A stretch of DNA of 64,000 nt from an uncultured Chloroflexia bacterium (GCA_963724295.1 CAVRUC010000012.1:18894-82893), one strand, 5' to 3'; positions 38,920 to 48,816 are shown, counted from the stretch's first letter. Made by a program: numbers and translations. The notes: generated by a model from the letters alone, not told the origin.

Positions 38920-39747
38920 ATGAAATTGCACTTACATTTGCACGTTCGGAGGTTCATCACTGTTCTTGGCTTGGGCGTTGGTCTCGTCGCATTCAGCGGC
39001 GTCGCCCTGGCCCAGGAGACCGTTGCCCCGACGATTAATGCGGATGGCAGCGCCGGCAGGTCAGACGCCGGGATCAACCCGGCGGTCGACGCGGACGGAC
39101 CGACGCTTGTCTACGGCGATATCCCAGGGGGCACCGTGATCGGCCCTCCCACGGAGGGAGCGGCTCCGGTCCCATCAGACGTGGTCTATGTTCCGCCCGG
39201 GACGAACGGAGATATCACGGCGACGGACGGCAACGCGTCAACCCTGGGGCCTGGCGATGCCTCGGCCGCGCCGGGGACGGTGACGGGGGGCTCCGGCACG
39301 GCGCTGCTTGGTCCGGATGGCACGTACACCGTCACCGAGGTCTCGCCCTCGGACGTGACCGTCGGTGAGTCGGCCGTGGTGGCGCCCGAGCCGGTGTATG
39401 AACCAGCGCCCGAGGCGGTCGCCGCGCCGGTGGAGACCGCCGCGCCGGTGGAGACCGATACCGCGGTCGCCGATACGGCCGCGGCCAGCGACGTCGACTC
39501 AGATAGTGACAACCTTCTCGATGCGGCGGAGCTGGAAGTCGGACTCGACCCCTATAACCCGGACGTCGATGGCGACGGGGTCGCCGACGGTGACGAGGTC
39601 AACATCTACTTCACCGATCCCTGGTACTGGGACTCGGACGGCGATGGCATCTCCGATGGCGAAGAGCTCTTCGGCATTCTGACCAATCCCCTCGCCTGGG
39701 ACACGGATGGCGATGGCTTCGGGGATGGAGAGACCGTCGTCGTCTGA
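38920..39747 (+). CDS. Secreted acidic protein with DxDxDG Ca-binding (TSP3-like) repeats
   Basis: Signal peptide; DSDSDNL.D..E, DVDGDGVADGDE, DSDGDGISDGEE, DTDGDGFGDGE. Confidence 0.8.
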   Translation: MKLHLHLHVRRFITVLGLGVGLVAFSGVALAQETVAPTINADGSAGRSDAGINPAVDADGPTLVYGDIPGGTVIGPPTEGAAPVPSDVVYVPPGTNGDITATDGNASTLGPGDASAAPGTVTGGSGTALLGPDGTYTVTEVSPSDVTVGESAVVAPEPVYEPAPEAVAAPVETAAPVETDTAVADTAAASDVDSDSDNLLDAAELEVGLDPYNPDVDGDGVADGDEVNIYFTDPWYWDSDGDGISDGEELFGILTNPLAWDTDGDGFGDGETVVV

Positions 39748-39839
39748 CGCCGCATCGGCGATGCGGTTGGTCCCAGAGGGATCGCTCATCGCCCGTCCAC
39801 CGAACCGAATTTGAAGCAGATGGCATGGCGGCGCTCACC

Positions 39840-40232
39840 TCAGCCGCCATGCCACCAGCGGCCGGCTACCAGACTGCCTATGGCGGCCAGGGTAGCCACG
39901 CCCGCATCGAGCACGGTTGCGCCAATCGCCACGATCAGACCCACGGCCGCCTGCTGGCGTTGCGATGGGGGTCTTCTCAGATAGTCGACGACCGAGAAGG
40001 CGAGCATCGTCACGACGATGACCAGGAACAGGCTGAGCACCCACCACCATGTACGCAGCCAGAAACCAACGAGCAAGGCCAGTCCAGGCGGGATGACGAA
40101 CCGGAGCCACGCGGCGACCTCCTGCACGCGCCGGTTCGCGTTGTTCGGCCGCCGCTCGAGCAGAGCAAAGGCCACATTGATGCCCCAGATGGCAACGGCG
40201 TAGCCAATCGTCCAGCCGAGCCAGCCCGGCAC
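39840..40232 (-). CDS. Hypothetical membrane protein
   Basis: Four hydrophobic segments. Confidence 0.55.
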   Translation of the reverse strand: MPGWLGWTIGYAVAIWGINVAFALLERRPNNANRRVQEVAAWLRFVIPPGLALLVGFWLRTWWWVLSLFLVIVVTMLAFSVVDYLRRPPSQRQQAAVGLIVAIGATVLDAGVATLAAIGSLVAGRWWHGG

Positions 40233-40294
40233 TATTGAACGCCTTGAGTCAGCGCGGCTCCCACTCGGGATCGTCCTACGTCCACCTCGGCGGA

Positions 40295-40467
40295 GGTGTC
40301 ATTCCGAGCCCGCAGGCGAACTGCAAGTTGCAGAATCTCGGCTATCACGAGCTGATGCGCCAAACGACGAGATTCCTCGTACGCTGTGCAGACCTGAGAC
40401 AGGGGTAACAGCCGTTCGGAGACATGGGTAACACCGGATGCGGCATGCTGGGCCTCGGAATGACACC
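40295..40467. repeat. GTCATTCCGAG-type REP pair
   Basis: GGTGTCATTCCGAG / CTCGGAATGACACC terminal IR with inner GAATCTCG / CGAGATTC. Confidence 0.7.
40385..40434 (-). mobile_element. IS481-family-like terminal remnant inside the REP pair
   Basis: TGT end with two GAGACA(G/T)GGGTAACA subterminal repeats; no transposase nearby. Confidence 0.55.
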
Positions 40468-40547
40468 CATCCCCTGGCGCGACACCTAGAATGACAGCGT
40501 ATCTGGGACGTCCTCGAACAATTAGCCTATAGCCGCTAGCGCCGTCA

Positions 40548-40886
40548 TTAGGCCGTCGATGCGGGCCGGCGGCCGACTGTTCGCAGATGCTGGTAGAACT
40601 CCGCCATCAGCGGACCGAGACGCTCTCCGGCCGCGTCGAGGGTGACCAGGGTGACGCCCGGTTTGCCGACGTCGGAGCGGGCGCTGATCTCCCCGGTGAC
40701 GCGGGGCAGGATGCCCTCACCCTTGCCCATCACGAAGACCTGGTTGGGCCGGCCGGTGCGCCCGGCCCGGTAACCCCGCTCGGCGAAGAAGGCGATCGCC
40801 AGGTCCAGGACCTCGCCCGGTCGCAGGCGGCTGACCGCCTTCTTCTGAAAGGCGGTTCGCTTCAGCTCCTCGTCCTCACCCATCAC
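40548..40886 (-). CDS. Hypothetical protein
   Basis: GC-type codon use, co-oriented with the upstream hydrolase genes. Confidence 0.6.
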   Translation of the reverse strand: MMGEDEELKRTAFQKKAVSRLRPGEVLDLAIAFFAERGYRAGRTGRPNQVFVMGKGEGILPRVTGEISARSDVGKPGVTLVTLDAAGERLGPLMAEFYQHLRTVGRRPASTA

Positions 40887-40896
40887 CCATCACCCA

Positions 40897-41595
40897 TCAC
40901 CCCGCGTCAAATGACTCGCCGGGGCTGAGGATGACGACCCGCGTGTCCGGAGCGCGCTGCGCCACCTTGGTGCGGAACGTCTCCGGGTCCTGCCGGATCG
41001 GTGGGAAGGTGTTGTAGTGGCAGGGGATGACCGTCCTGGCGCCGACGAACTCGGCGGCGCGGGCGGCATCGTCCGGACCCATCGTGAAGTGGTCGCCGAT
41101 GGGCAGGATGGCGACGTCGATGCCTTCGTCTCCGATGAGACGCATGTCGCCGAAGAGGGCAGTGTCGCCGGCGAAGTAGAAGCTGCGTCCGCCGAAGCGG
41201 ACGATCAAGCCGGCTGGAATGCCGTTGGCGACCTGGTTTTGGCCATCCGAATAGGATGAGCTGTGCCAGGCCGGGGTGAACTTGACCGTGCCGCCGGGGA
41301 AGGCGATGGTGCCGCCGTGGTTGCCGCTGACGACATCCCGCACGCCCTGTGACTCCAGCCAATTCCCGAGCTCGACGGTGCAGATCACCCGGGCGTCGTT
41401 CCATTCCGCCAGGTCGACGGTGTCCCCGACATGGTCGTTATGAGCGTGAGTGAGCAGGATCGTACCGGGCTTGAGCGACTTGGGATCCACCGAGGTGACA
41501 GGGTTGTCCTCGATGAACGGATCGATGGCGACGACATGTCCCTCGTCATCCTCGAGCAGGAACGCCGAGTGCCCGATCCAGGTCAGTTTCGGCAT
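40897..41595 (-). CDS. Metallo-beta-lactamase-fold hydrolase (UPF0173-like)
   Basis: WIGHSAF, THAHNDH, AWHSSS, AGDT, LPIGDHFTM, IPCHYNTF. Confidence 0.9.
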   Translation of the reverse strand: MPKLTWIGHSAFLLEDDEGHVVAIDPFIEDNPVTSVDPKSLKPGTILLTHAHNDHVGDTVDLAEWNDARVICTVELGNWLESQGVRDVVSGNHGGTIAFPGGTVKFTPAWHSSSYSDGQNQVANGIPAGLIVRFGGRSFYFAGDTALFGDMRLIGDEGIDVAILPIGDHFTMGPDDAARAAEFVGARTVIPCHYNTFPPIRQDPETFRTKVAQRAPDTRVVILSPGESFDAG

Positions 41596-41670
41596 CGATT
41601 CCCTCCGGGGCTATTGGGTCATCGCGGCCCGTTTGCCGCACGAGGTCAGTATGGTACGAGGGGGTTACGC

Positions 41671-43275
41671 CTACCCCTCGTACGCGACCCGCCCATCAAC
41701 TACCGTCATCTCGATCGACAGCGACGGCAGGTCTTCCGCTGGAATAGCACGTGGATCGCCGGAAAGCACAACCAGATCCGCCAGCTTGCCGGGGGTGATG
41801 GTGCCCTTGATGCCCTCTTCAAACGACGCGTACGCGCCGTGGAGGGTAAACATGCGCAGCGCCTCCTCGATGGTGACGCCTTGCCCCGGCCCCATGCGCT
41901 GCCCGGTTTGGGTCAGCCGGGTGACCGCCGAGCGGAGATTGACCAGCACGTCGCAGTCGACCACCGGCACGTCGGAGGAGCCGACGGCGACGATGCCGCG
42001 ATCGAACCAGGTGCGGCCGGGATAAGAGCAGGCCAGCTGCTCCGGGGTGAAGTTGCGGATGTAGGAGTCACCCAGCTCGTAGATGAAGCTCGGCTGGGGC
42101 ACCGCGATGATCTCCAGGCGCACCATGCGGTCGATGATCTCCGGCGTGCACATCCCGCAGTGCTCGATGCGGAAGCGATGGTCGGCTTTCGGCGCCTTGG
42201 TCAGCGCCTGCTCGTAGGCGTCCAGGATCATGGTGATGGCGCGGTCGCCGATGGCGTGCGCTGCCAACTGGAAACCGGCGGCGTGGGCGCGCGCGAAGCG
42301 CTCGTTCAGCCCCTCCTGATCGTAGATGGTGATGCCCCGGTTGCCGGGATCGTTGACGTAGTCGGTCGTCATGGCGGCGGTGCGACCCCCGCCGGAACCG
42401 TCCTGGAAGAGCTTGGCGGGACCGATCCGCAGCCAGGCGTCACCCCAGCCGGTACGCATCCCCAGCCGGGCCAGCGCGTCGAGGGTGTCGTCGATGAGCA
42501 TCATGGTGAAGACGCGCACCGGCAGCTCCCCGGCCGCCAGCAGCTCCTGATAGGCGGCGAATTCGTCCGAGGTGCGGATCCTGGCCTCGCCGACGCTGGT
42601 GATACCGAAAGCGAGGAAGCGCTCTCCGGCCGCGCGGAGAGCGTCCTTCAGTTCCGCCCGGGTGGAGCGGGGGATCTGCTCCTGCACGAGAGCCATGGCG
42701 GTCTCGCGGAGGAGGCCGGTCGGCTCGCCCCGCTCGTCACGGTCGATCTGCCCGCCCTCGGGGTCCGGCGTGGTCCGCGTGATCCCGGCCCGGGCCAATG
42801 CCGCCGAGTTGGCGACACCGAGGTGCCCGCAGGTGCGGGTCAGGAACGCCGGGCGGCCGCCTGTCACGTCGTCCAGCTCCTGCCGGGTCGGGTGGCGGCG
42901 GACGTCGAGGCGGCTGTCATCGTAGCCACGCCCTTGGAGCCAGCCATCGCGGACGGTTGTGGAGGTGGTCGCAGCCGCGGCCCGGAATGCCTCCTGGAGG
43001 GCGGCGAGTGTGGGGACAGTTCCCGGCCGGGCGTCGATGAGGCTGAGACCGAGACCGTAGGAGATGGGGTGGGTGTGGTTGTCGTTGAACCCCGGCAGGA
43101 GCGTCCGCCCCTCGAGATCGACGACCCGCGTCGTTGGCCCCACCTCATGCCGCACCTCATCGTTGCTGCCAACGCGCGCGATGCGGTTACCGACGATCGC
43201 CACCGCTTCGGCGGTGGGCCGCGCATCATCGACGGTGATCACGGTTCCGTTCAGTAAAACGAGATCAGCGGACAT
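41671..43275 (-). CDS. Amidohydrolase family 3 (YtcJ-like)
   Basis: PGFNDNHTH, HAIGDRA, RIEH, SSDVPV, GKLADLVVL. Confidence 0.9.
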   Translation of the reverse strand: MSADLVLLNGTVITVDDARPTAEAVAIVGNRIARVGSNDEVRHEVGPTTRVVDLEGRTLLPGFNDNHTHPISYGLGLSLIDARPGTVPTLAALQEAFRAAAATTSTTVRDGWLQGRGYDDSRLDVRRHPTRQELDDVTGGRPAFLTRTCGHLGVANSAALARAGITRTTPDPEGGQIDRDERGEPTGLLRETAMALVQEQIPRSTRAELKDALRAAGERFLAFGITSVGEARIRTSDEFAAYQELLAAGELPVRVFTMMLIDDTLDALARLGMRTGWGDAWLRIGPAKLFQDGSGGGRTAAMTTDYVNDPGNRGITIYDQEGLNERFARAHAAGFQLAAHAIGDRAITMILDAYEQALTKAPKADHRFRIEHCGMCTPEIIDRMVRLEIIAVPQPSFIYELGDSYIRNFTPEQLACSYPGRTWFDRGIVAVGSSDVPVVDCDVLVNLRSAVTRLTQTGQRMGPGQGVTIEEALRMFTLHGAYASFEEGIKGTITPGKLADLVVLSGDPRAIPAEDLPSLSIEMTVVDGRVAYEG

Positions 43276-43287
43276 ATATACGCTCCG

Positions 43288-43378
43288 AAGTCGGTAAGTC
43301 GGTAAGTCGGTAAGTCGTGGGTGTGGTTCTCTTCCTTAGCCGTCTAGCCGTCTTTCTTACGACTTACGACTCACGACT
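43288..43378. repeat. Short tandem repeats (aagtcggt)n and complementary (cttacga)n
   Basis: aagtcggtaagtcggtaagtcggtaagtcg ... cttacgacttacgactcacgact. Confidence 0.7.
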
Positions 43379-44140
43379 CAAGGCCTCCATATTCTTGACC
43401 GCCCGCAGGGCCTCGGCGATGGGGTCGGTCGGATCGTCCTGTTCGATGATCCACCAGCGGGCGCCGGCCGCCTCCGCCGCCGGCAGGATCTCCTGCCAGC
43501 GCAGAATGCCCTCGCCTGCCGGAATGGCGGTCCGTTCCGGACCGGGAGCCATATCCTTCACATGGAGGAGCGGCACACGACCCTGCAGCTCGCCCAGCAA
43601 GTGCGCCGGATCGACCCCGGCGTGCGCGGCCCAGTAGACGTCGACCTCGATCCCAACCAGATCGGGGTCGGTCTCCTGCACCAGAACGTCGAACAAGGTG
43701 CCGCCGTCACCGTCCGGCAGCGGTGCGAACTCGAAGTCATGATGGTGATAGGCGAAGCCAAGCCCGGCCTGCTTTGCTTCGACGGCCCAGCGGTTGAGGT
43801 CGGCGGCTAACGACCGCGCGAAGTCCACGCCGCCTCGCCGTTCCACCGGCACAAAGGGCACGACGGCGTACTCCCCGCCGAGAGCGACGATATCGGCCAG
43901 TGTCGCCTCAGGTTGGCCCTCCCAGGCGGTGAGGGGCACATGCGACCCCGCCACCCGCATCCCCAGCTCGTCCAGAAGCGCCCGTAGCTCCGGAATCGGC
44001 ATGCCGCCGTAGCCGGCGAACTCGACGGCGCGCGCCCCGCCCTCGGCCAGTTGCCGCAGCGTGCCTGGAAAGTCATTGCGCGCCGGCTCGCGCACGGTGT
44101 AGAGCTGCACGGCGATCGGGTTCTCCGGCCGCACGATCAT
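43364..44140 (-). CDS. Sugar phosphate isomerase/epimerase (AP endonuclease 2 TIM barrel)
   Basis: VQLYTVRE, VEFAGY, YHHHDFEF, EVDVYW, LHVKD, IIEQD. Confidence 0.88.
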   Translation of the reverse strand: MIVRPENPIAVQLYTVREPARNDFPGTLRQLAEGGARAVEFAGYGGMPIPELRALLDELGMRVAGSHVPLTAWEGQPEATLADIVALGGEYAVVPFVPVERRGGVDFARSLAADLNRWAVEAKQAGLGFAYHHHDFEFAPLPDGDGGTLFDVLVQETDPDLVGIEVDVYWAAHAGVDPAHLLGELQGRVPLLHVKDMAPGPERTAIPAGEGILRWQEILPAAEAAGARWWIIEQDDPTDPIAEALRAVKNMEALSRES

Positions 44141-44155
44141 TGCGTTCCTCCTCGT

Positions 44156-44262
44156 GGGTGATAGGGTGCTCGGGTCATAGGGTGATAGGGAGCTGCGGAT
44201 GCAATTATCCGTTCACGCACCTCTCCCGACTCCCGACCTCCCGACTTCCCGACTTCCCGACT
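44156..44262. repeat. Short tandem repeats (gggtgata)n and (cccgactt)n
   Basis: Read directly in the divergent intergenic region. Confidence 0.65.
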
Positions 44263-44452
44263 AGCCGTCTACTCACTACCGTGCCCGTATTCGCCAATCG
44301 GGGCGCATCATACCCGCTGCGAAGGGGCTGCTTGGCGAGGCATCCTCCCCGATTTGCAGGTAATCGTCGAAAATCCGCTCATCGCGGGCGACACGGCGTT
44401 CGCGCAACCCATCGAACAGCTGGCTCCATACCAGGAGCCCCAGGAGCGCCCT

Positions 44453-44878
44453 GTGCAGCAGATGACCCCGGACGAGACCCGCGCTTTCCTGCTCGAGGGG
44501 ACGCGCACCGCCGCGCTGGCCACGGTTCGTGCTGATGGCCGGCCTCACGTCGCGCCGATCTGGTTCACGCTCGATGGCGACGATCTCCTCTTCACCACCG
44601 GTGAGAACACGGTCAAAGGCGCCAACCTGCAGCGCGACGGACGGGTGGCGCTGATGGTCGATGATGAAGAACCCCCTTTCGCCTTCATCACGATCGAAGG
44701 AGACGTAAGTCTCTCAGACGACCTCGGCACGATGCTCCACTGGGCCACCCGGATCGCTGCCCGCTACATGGGTGAAGGTCAGGCCGATGCCTACGGTAGA
44801 CGCAATGCCGTCCCCGGCGAGCTTCTGGTGCGGGTCCGCCCGACGAAGATCGTGGCCATCAAAGGCGTCGCGGACTAG
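44453..44878 (+). CDS. PPOX-class (F420-dependent-like) oxidoreductase
   Basis: LATVRADGRPHVAPIWF, KGANL.RD.RV, RNAVPGE; SD aggag. Confidence 0.88.
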   Translation: MQQMTPDETRAFLLEGTRTAALATVRADGRPHVAPIWFTLDGDDLLFTTGENTVKGANLQRDGRVALMVDDEEPPFAFITIEGDVSLSDDLGTMLHWATRIAARYMGEGQADAYGRRNAVPGELLVRVRPTKIVAIKGVAD

Positions 44879-44915
44879 TTGGTAGGTGGAACGAAAATAG
44901 ACCTGGAATCGGCGT

Positions 44916-45785
44916 TCACTCATTCTGCTGCTCCTGGAGCCAACTAGGTGGAGCAGCTTCGTCATTTTCCCAGGATGGATACTCGATAATAAGGGGCTGT
45001 GTTCGCCGTAGAACTCTGAACGGAACTTCGTCCAACTCAATTATCACCGGTTCCGTCTCAACGATCACTGCGTTGTCTGCGGCTGCCGCAATGATTTGAT
45101 GTACCTCGTGTATTGCCTCCAATTGCTCCTCGGACAGACTCGAAAGGGTTAGATAGACTACGCCGATCCTGTACGGAGGAAATGTCTCAGTAGGGAGGGC
45201 AACTCGGATTTCATTGGTTGCGAGATTGAATGCTCCATGGGTTCCTGGCTGATCGAATGGCAGAGTTCGCAGTGCTGCGGAAACAGGAGCATGGAATCTC
45301 TCGTATATCGCATCTGGAACAGTGGGTCGGTCGTAGCGGCGTGTGAGCCATTCGACGAAGCGGTACAGCCGAAGCTCGTCCATAGCGAGCCCGTGATGTC
45401 CCAAAGTTAATAGCGCACCCTTTTCGATTTTGACGCGGTGGCTTGCATCCGCAACATATGCAGCTCGTGGATCAACCACGAAATAGCGAGGGCTGTTCTG
45501 ATCCCATCTGCCGAGGATCTCATCGTTGGGATCGTGTCTCTTACAAATGAGGGCTTCGATGTACGTTTCGTCTGGGGCCTGGATATCGCACGCGTGAGAT
45601 ACCAACACGAGTCGTTCGCGTGCTCGGATCGCCCGAATTCGACCAAGCTCAAGGCTCTGATCCTCACTTGTAGAGAGGATGTTTAACTCATATGAGGCTC
45701 TAGGAGCGTCGAAGAGGACCCCTTGCTGCCAACCTGCAGCCAAGAGCGGGTTGAGATGCTCAGCGTCTTCGTCGTGTTCCGCCAC
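44916..45785 (-). CDS. Hypothetical protein with WQQG and SHACD motifs (low-GC cassette, gene 3)
   Basis: 289-aa ORF in a low-GC island, 23 bp after gene 2. Confidence 0.75.
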   Translation of the reverse strand: MAEHDEDAEHLNPLLAAGWQQGVLFDAPRASYELNILSTSEDQSLELGRIRAIRARERLVLVSHACDIQAPDETYIEALICKRHDPNDEILGRWDQNSPRYFVVDPRAAYVADASHRVKIEKGALLTLGHHGLAMDELRLYRFVEWLTRRYDRPTVPDAIYERFHAPVSAALRTLPFDQPGTHGAFNLATNEIRVALPTETFPPYRIGVVYLTLSSLSEEQLEAIHEVHQIIAAAADNAVIVETEPVIIELDEVPFRVLRRTQPLIIEYPSWENDEAAPPSWLQEQQNE

Positions 45786-45808
45786 CTAGATCTGGACCTT
45801 TGTGCTTC

Positions 45809-46558
45809 TCAGTCTTCAATCGCAACTCTTGAGGTCGCATCGGACTCACGTACCACGAAGTCGCGCCGCTTCTGCTCGCGTTCACCCCACTCGTCGAGCG
45901 GCCCACTGAGTAGCCAATCTGGCAAAGCCGTCTCGCGCTTAGAGAGGGCGGACACCGCGAGGAGTCTTGCCTCGTCAAATTTTCCAGCCCTTAGGAGGTC
46001 AATAGGGGCAACAGCATGAGAGCCCACAGGTGTAACAAGCCATCCGCGTAGGAGTTCCGGACTGACATGTCGTACCGATGCATGGCGCAACACATTGAGT
46101 GTGCCCCGGATCCGTCGTTCGTTCTCAAGCGAGACTCGCTTACCCGCCGACCAGTGGTGATAGGCCATCCGGCTTACTCCGAACAGATCCTCGGCGATGC
46201 GGGTTTTGTTCAACCCTGTCATTACCTCGATCTCTTCGAGTTCCTCTGTGAGATGACGCACATCGGATTCAACCGGAAAATCCAACACCTCCGCTTCTTC
46301 AATTAGAAAGGGCAGGCTTAAGGTGTCAAGAATGGTATGTGCCGAGGCAGTGACGATCAATCTCTTCCCGTATCCGAGAACCAAGCTGCCGATACTCGGA
46401 CCGAATTGCTGAATGGGTTCAGGTGTTACTTGCGCTACAAGTTGACTAACCACCGTTGCACTCTGAGACCGGTTGTCGAGAGGCCCCCAAGTTACGTTTA
46501 AGGCGCTTGTTGAGGGAGTGGATAGACCGAAGAATTGAGGATTAGCGAACATCGTCAT
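45809..46558 (-). CDS. HTH plus Xre/MbcA/ParS-like C-terminal domain protein (low-GC cassette, gene 2)
   Basis: GLNKTRIAEDLFGVSRMAYHHW HTH; LRGWLVTP...APIDLLRAG; SD ggggag; overlaps the end of gene 1. Confidence 0.7.
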   Translation of the reverse strand: MTMFANPQFFGLSTPSTSALNVTWGPLDNRSQSATVVSQLVAQVTPEPIQQFGPSIGSLVLGYGKRLIVTASAHTILDTLSLPFLIEEAEVLDFPVESDVRHLTEELEEIEVMTGLNKTRIAEDLFGVSRMAYHHWSAGKRVSLENERRIRGTLNVLRHASVRHVSPELLRGWLVTPVGSHAVAPIDLLRAGKFDEARLLAVSALSKRETALPDWLLSGPLDEWGEREQKRRDFVVRESDATSRVAIED

Positions 46559-47375
46559 GCTCCCCGAGCGAAGCTCGATATTCGTCAGTCGTTGCCCACC
46601 GGAATAACCTAGAGATGGTTGCGTGATACTGCTCGACATATTCAGAAATAATCAATGAATCCATCCTCAGCGACTTGGGAGGGCTGAAGTCTTGGTACAT
46701 GTCAATGTCTAGAAGATAGAAGGGTTCAGTTGGCACCTGTAGTCCTGGCTTGGGTACTACAGTAGTTCCAGTAGGGAATACTCCGTGTTGTAGATTAATT
46801 CGTGCGTCCCGTGCCCGGAGCGTTAGCACTTGGATCGCTTGCTCAGCACTGTCCCGAATCGAATGAATTGCCAAGGCACCAAGCAACTCACGTTGGATGA
46901 TTTCTGCCCAATCCTTGTTAATGGACCGAATCTCATTGATGTATCGGAGGCCTATCCGGCGGCCAATACGAGGTCGTATAGTCCGATCCAATATCTCGAG
47001 CACGCGACGAAGTCGCGCCAGAAAATCGTCGAAGTGGGCGTAGGCCCTTGTTTCCAACGTGATGAAGTCTTGCGTGAGGGTAACAGTCCAATCTCCGGTT
47101 TCGTCAGTAAATTTCCATAGAGTTTCAGGACTCGGAGCTTGGATTCCAATTTGGCTGACCTGACTGCCCACCTGAATCGCTGTTACCTGCTGCTGGCGAT
47201 CAGGATTCGGATAATCGGTCTCAAGTGCCTCTTGGAAGGGTGCAACTGTTGAATCGTTAAGACCGAACTTTGTGGCAAAGCGAATCTGACAGAGCGTCAA
47301 TGCCAGTGGTGGCCGGGCATAAACCCGTCGCTCAGGGGCTTCGGCTTGGAGCCAGTCAACCAAGCCTTGATCCAC
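46542..47375 (-). CDS. TIGR04255-family-like protein (low-GC cassette, gene 1)
   Basis: Y.RPPL....CQIRF, ETRAY.HF.DF, RIGLRYINEI, YLLDID, H...SRLFRW; SD ggaggtg. Confidence 0.8.
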   Translation of the reverse strand: MDQGLVDWLQAEAPERRVYARPPLALTLCQIRFATKFGLNDSTVAPFQEALETDYPNPDRQQQVTAIQVGSQVSQIGIQAPSPETLWKFTDETGDWTVTLTQDFITLETRAYAHFDDFLARLRRVLEILDRTIRPRIGRRIGLRYINEIRSINKDWAEIIQRELLGALAIHSIRDSAEQAIQVLTLRARDARINLQHGVFPTGTTVVPKPGLQVPTEPFYLLDIDMYQDFSPPKSLRMDSLIISEYVEQYHATISRLFRWATTDEYRASLGEHDDVR

Positions 47376-47493
47376 GCCTCACCTCCCTGACCTGGTCAAA
47401 ACACTTACTTTACGGTTTAGTTTACATTACATTTGTGGGTTTGTCGAGGGATCTCCTCCATTGTGCCAGTTGAACTCGCGGAAAGGATCAACG

Positions 47494-48618
47494 TCAGTGT
47501 TGATTATCTTCCCGGCTCAGCTCCACCGCACACCCTTCCTCCATCGAAATCCCGGCGGCGAGAATGATCTCCAGGACGTGGGTGGCGTGCTCGGCGGTGA
47601 GAATCGGAGCCTCCGCGCCTTCGAGGACCGCGACGAAGTGCTCCGGCCCGGCCTGAATCAGATGCGAGATCTGGGAAGAGCTGGGTGGGGAGACCTGCTG
47701 CCAGCGCTCCTGGCCATTCGGGCGCTCGTCCCGCTGCCAGACGTCGACCGGCGCATCCGGCTCGTACCAGTCCTCCAGCGAGATGCTGACCGTTCCCATG
47801 TCGCCGTGGATCTCCAGCGCCGGGGCTTTCGAGCGCGGAGTCGCGAAGGACGAGAGGATCTGCGCGAAGCGGTTGTCGCCGAAGTCGAGGTGAATGAGGA
47901 GATGATCGGGCGCCGAGACGTCGATCACCTGGCCCTGGCGGCTGGGGATCAGCACGTTGCGACGGGGAATGGAGACTCCACCGAAGGCTTCCACGCGCCG
48001 CGCCGGTCCCAGCAGCCCGGTAATGGCATGGAGGATGTAGACCCCGGTGTCGAGCGCCGGTCCCACCGAAGGGCCATAGAAAACCCCCGGGTCACCCTGG
48101 TACTCGCGCCAGGCCGCGGGACCCATGTTCGCCATCTGCCCAACCGCCAGGGTCGGGCGGCCGAGCCAGCCCGAGTCGAGCTCCGCTTTCAGCCAGCGGA
48201 AGCGGTTGGTCGCCATCACCGCCGGCGCGCAGAGCAGGGTCAGACCCCGCTCGCGCGCCAGGTCGATCGTCGCCCGCGCATCCGCAACGGTCCCGGCCAG
48301 TGGCTTTTCCGAGAAGACATGCTTTCCGGCCTGCAGCGCGGCCACATTGACTTCATGGTGGAACGGGGCGGGGGTGAGATTCAGCACCGCCGCCACGCGT
48401 TGATCGGCCAGGAGGGCATCGAGCGTCGATGAGATGGTCGGGCGCGGCAGTCCCAGCCCCGCCAGATCCTCCGCCAGACGCTCGGAGCGTGCCGGGTCAG
48501 GGTCATAAACCGCAACGGCCGTGGCGCGGCCCGCCAGTGGCGCTAAACCCGGCCCATACGTCCGCAAGGCGACGTCGCCACAGCCGATGATTCCCAGCCC
48601 GATCCCGCTATCAGTCAC
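47494..48618 (-). CDS. Gfo/Idh/MocA oxidoreductase
   Basis: GIIGCG, NLTP..H, GKHVFSEKPL, D.GVY. Confidence 0.9.
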   Translation of the reverse strand: MTDSGIGLGIIGCGDVALRTYGPGLAPLAGRATAVAVYDPDPARSERLAEDLAGLGLPRPTISSTLDALLADQRVAAVLNLTPAPFHHEVNVAALQAGKHVFSEKPLAGTVADARATIDLARERGLTLLCAPAVMATNRFRWLKAELDSGWLGRPTLAVGQMANMGPAAWREYQGDPGVFYGPSVGPALDTGVYILHAITGLLGPARRVEAFGGVSIPRRNVLIPSRQGQVIDVSAPDHLLIHLDFGDNRFAQILSSFATPRSKAPALEIHGDMGTVSISLEDWYEPDAPVDVWQRDERPNGQERWQQVSPPSSSQISHLIQAGPEHFVAVLEGAEAPILTAEHATHVLEIILAAGISMEEGCAVELSREDNQH

Positions 48619-48667
48619 GTTTTCCCTCCCCTGCCGCCGTCCCGCTGTCCCGGCACGATAGCACGAA

Positions 48668-48816
48668 GGGGGGCGCCTTCGGCTGAGGGGGGAGAGGGGG
48701 GTCGCTTCGCTCCAGGGGGGATGAGGAGACCGTCGATGGGCGGGGAGTCGTTTCGTCGTTCTCCTTTCCCCCTTTTCCCCCTCTTCCCCCCTCAGGCCGC
48801 GTAGCGGCCGCCCCCC
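48668..48816. repeat. Dispersed structured repeat, copy 2 (inverted relative to 11264..11399)
   Basis: ctgagggggg..ggggggtcgcttcgctc..ggggatgag...cccccctcaggccgc..gcggccgcccccc. Confidence 0.7.

Noticed and set aside
41431..43257. Long antisense ORFs (e.g. 1097..2158, 41431..43257, 55090..56133, 61115..62380)
   Set aside because: They are shadow ORFs of high-GC genes on the opposite strand, with no motifs
44880..47490. att sites or target duplication at the low-GC cassette borders
   Set aside because: No flanking direct repeat, tRNA or integrase could be seen
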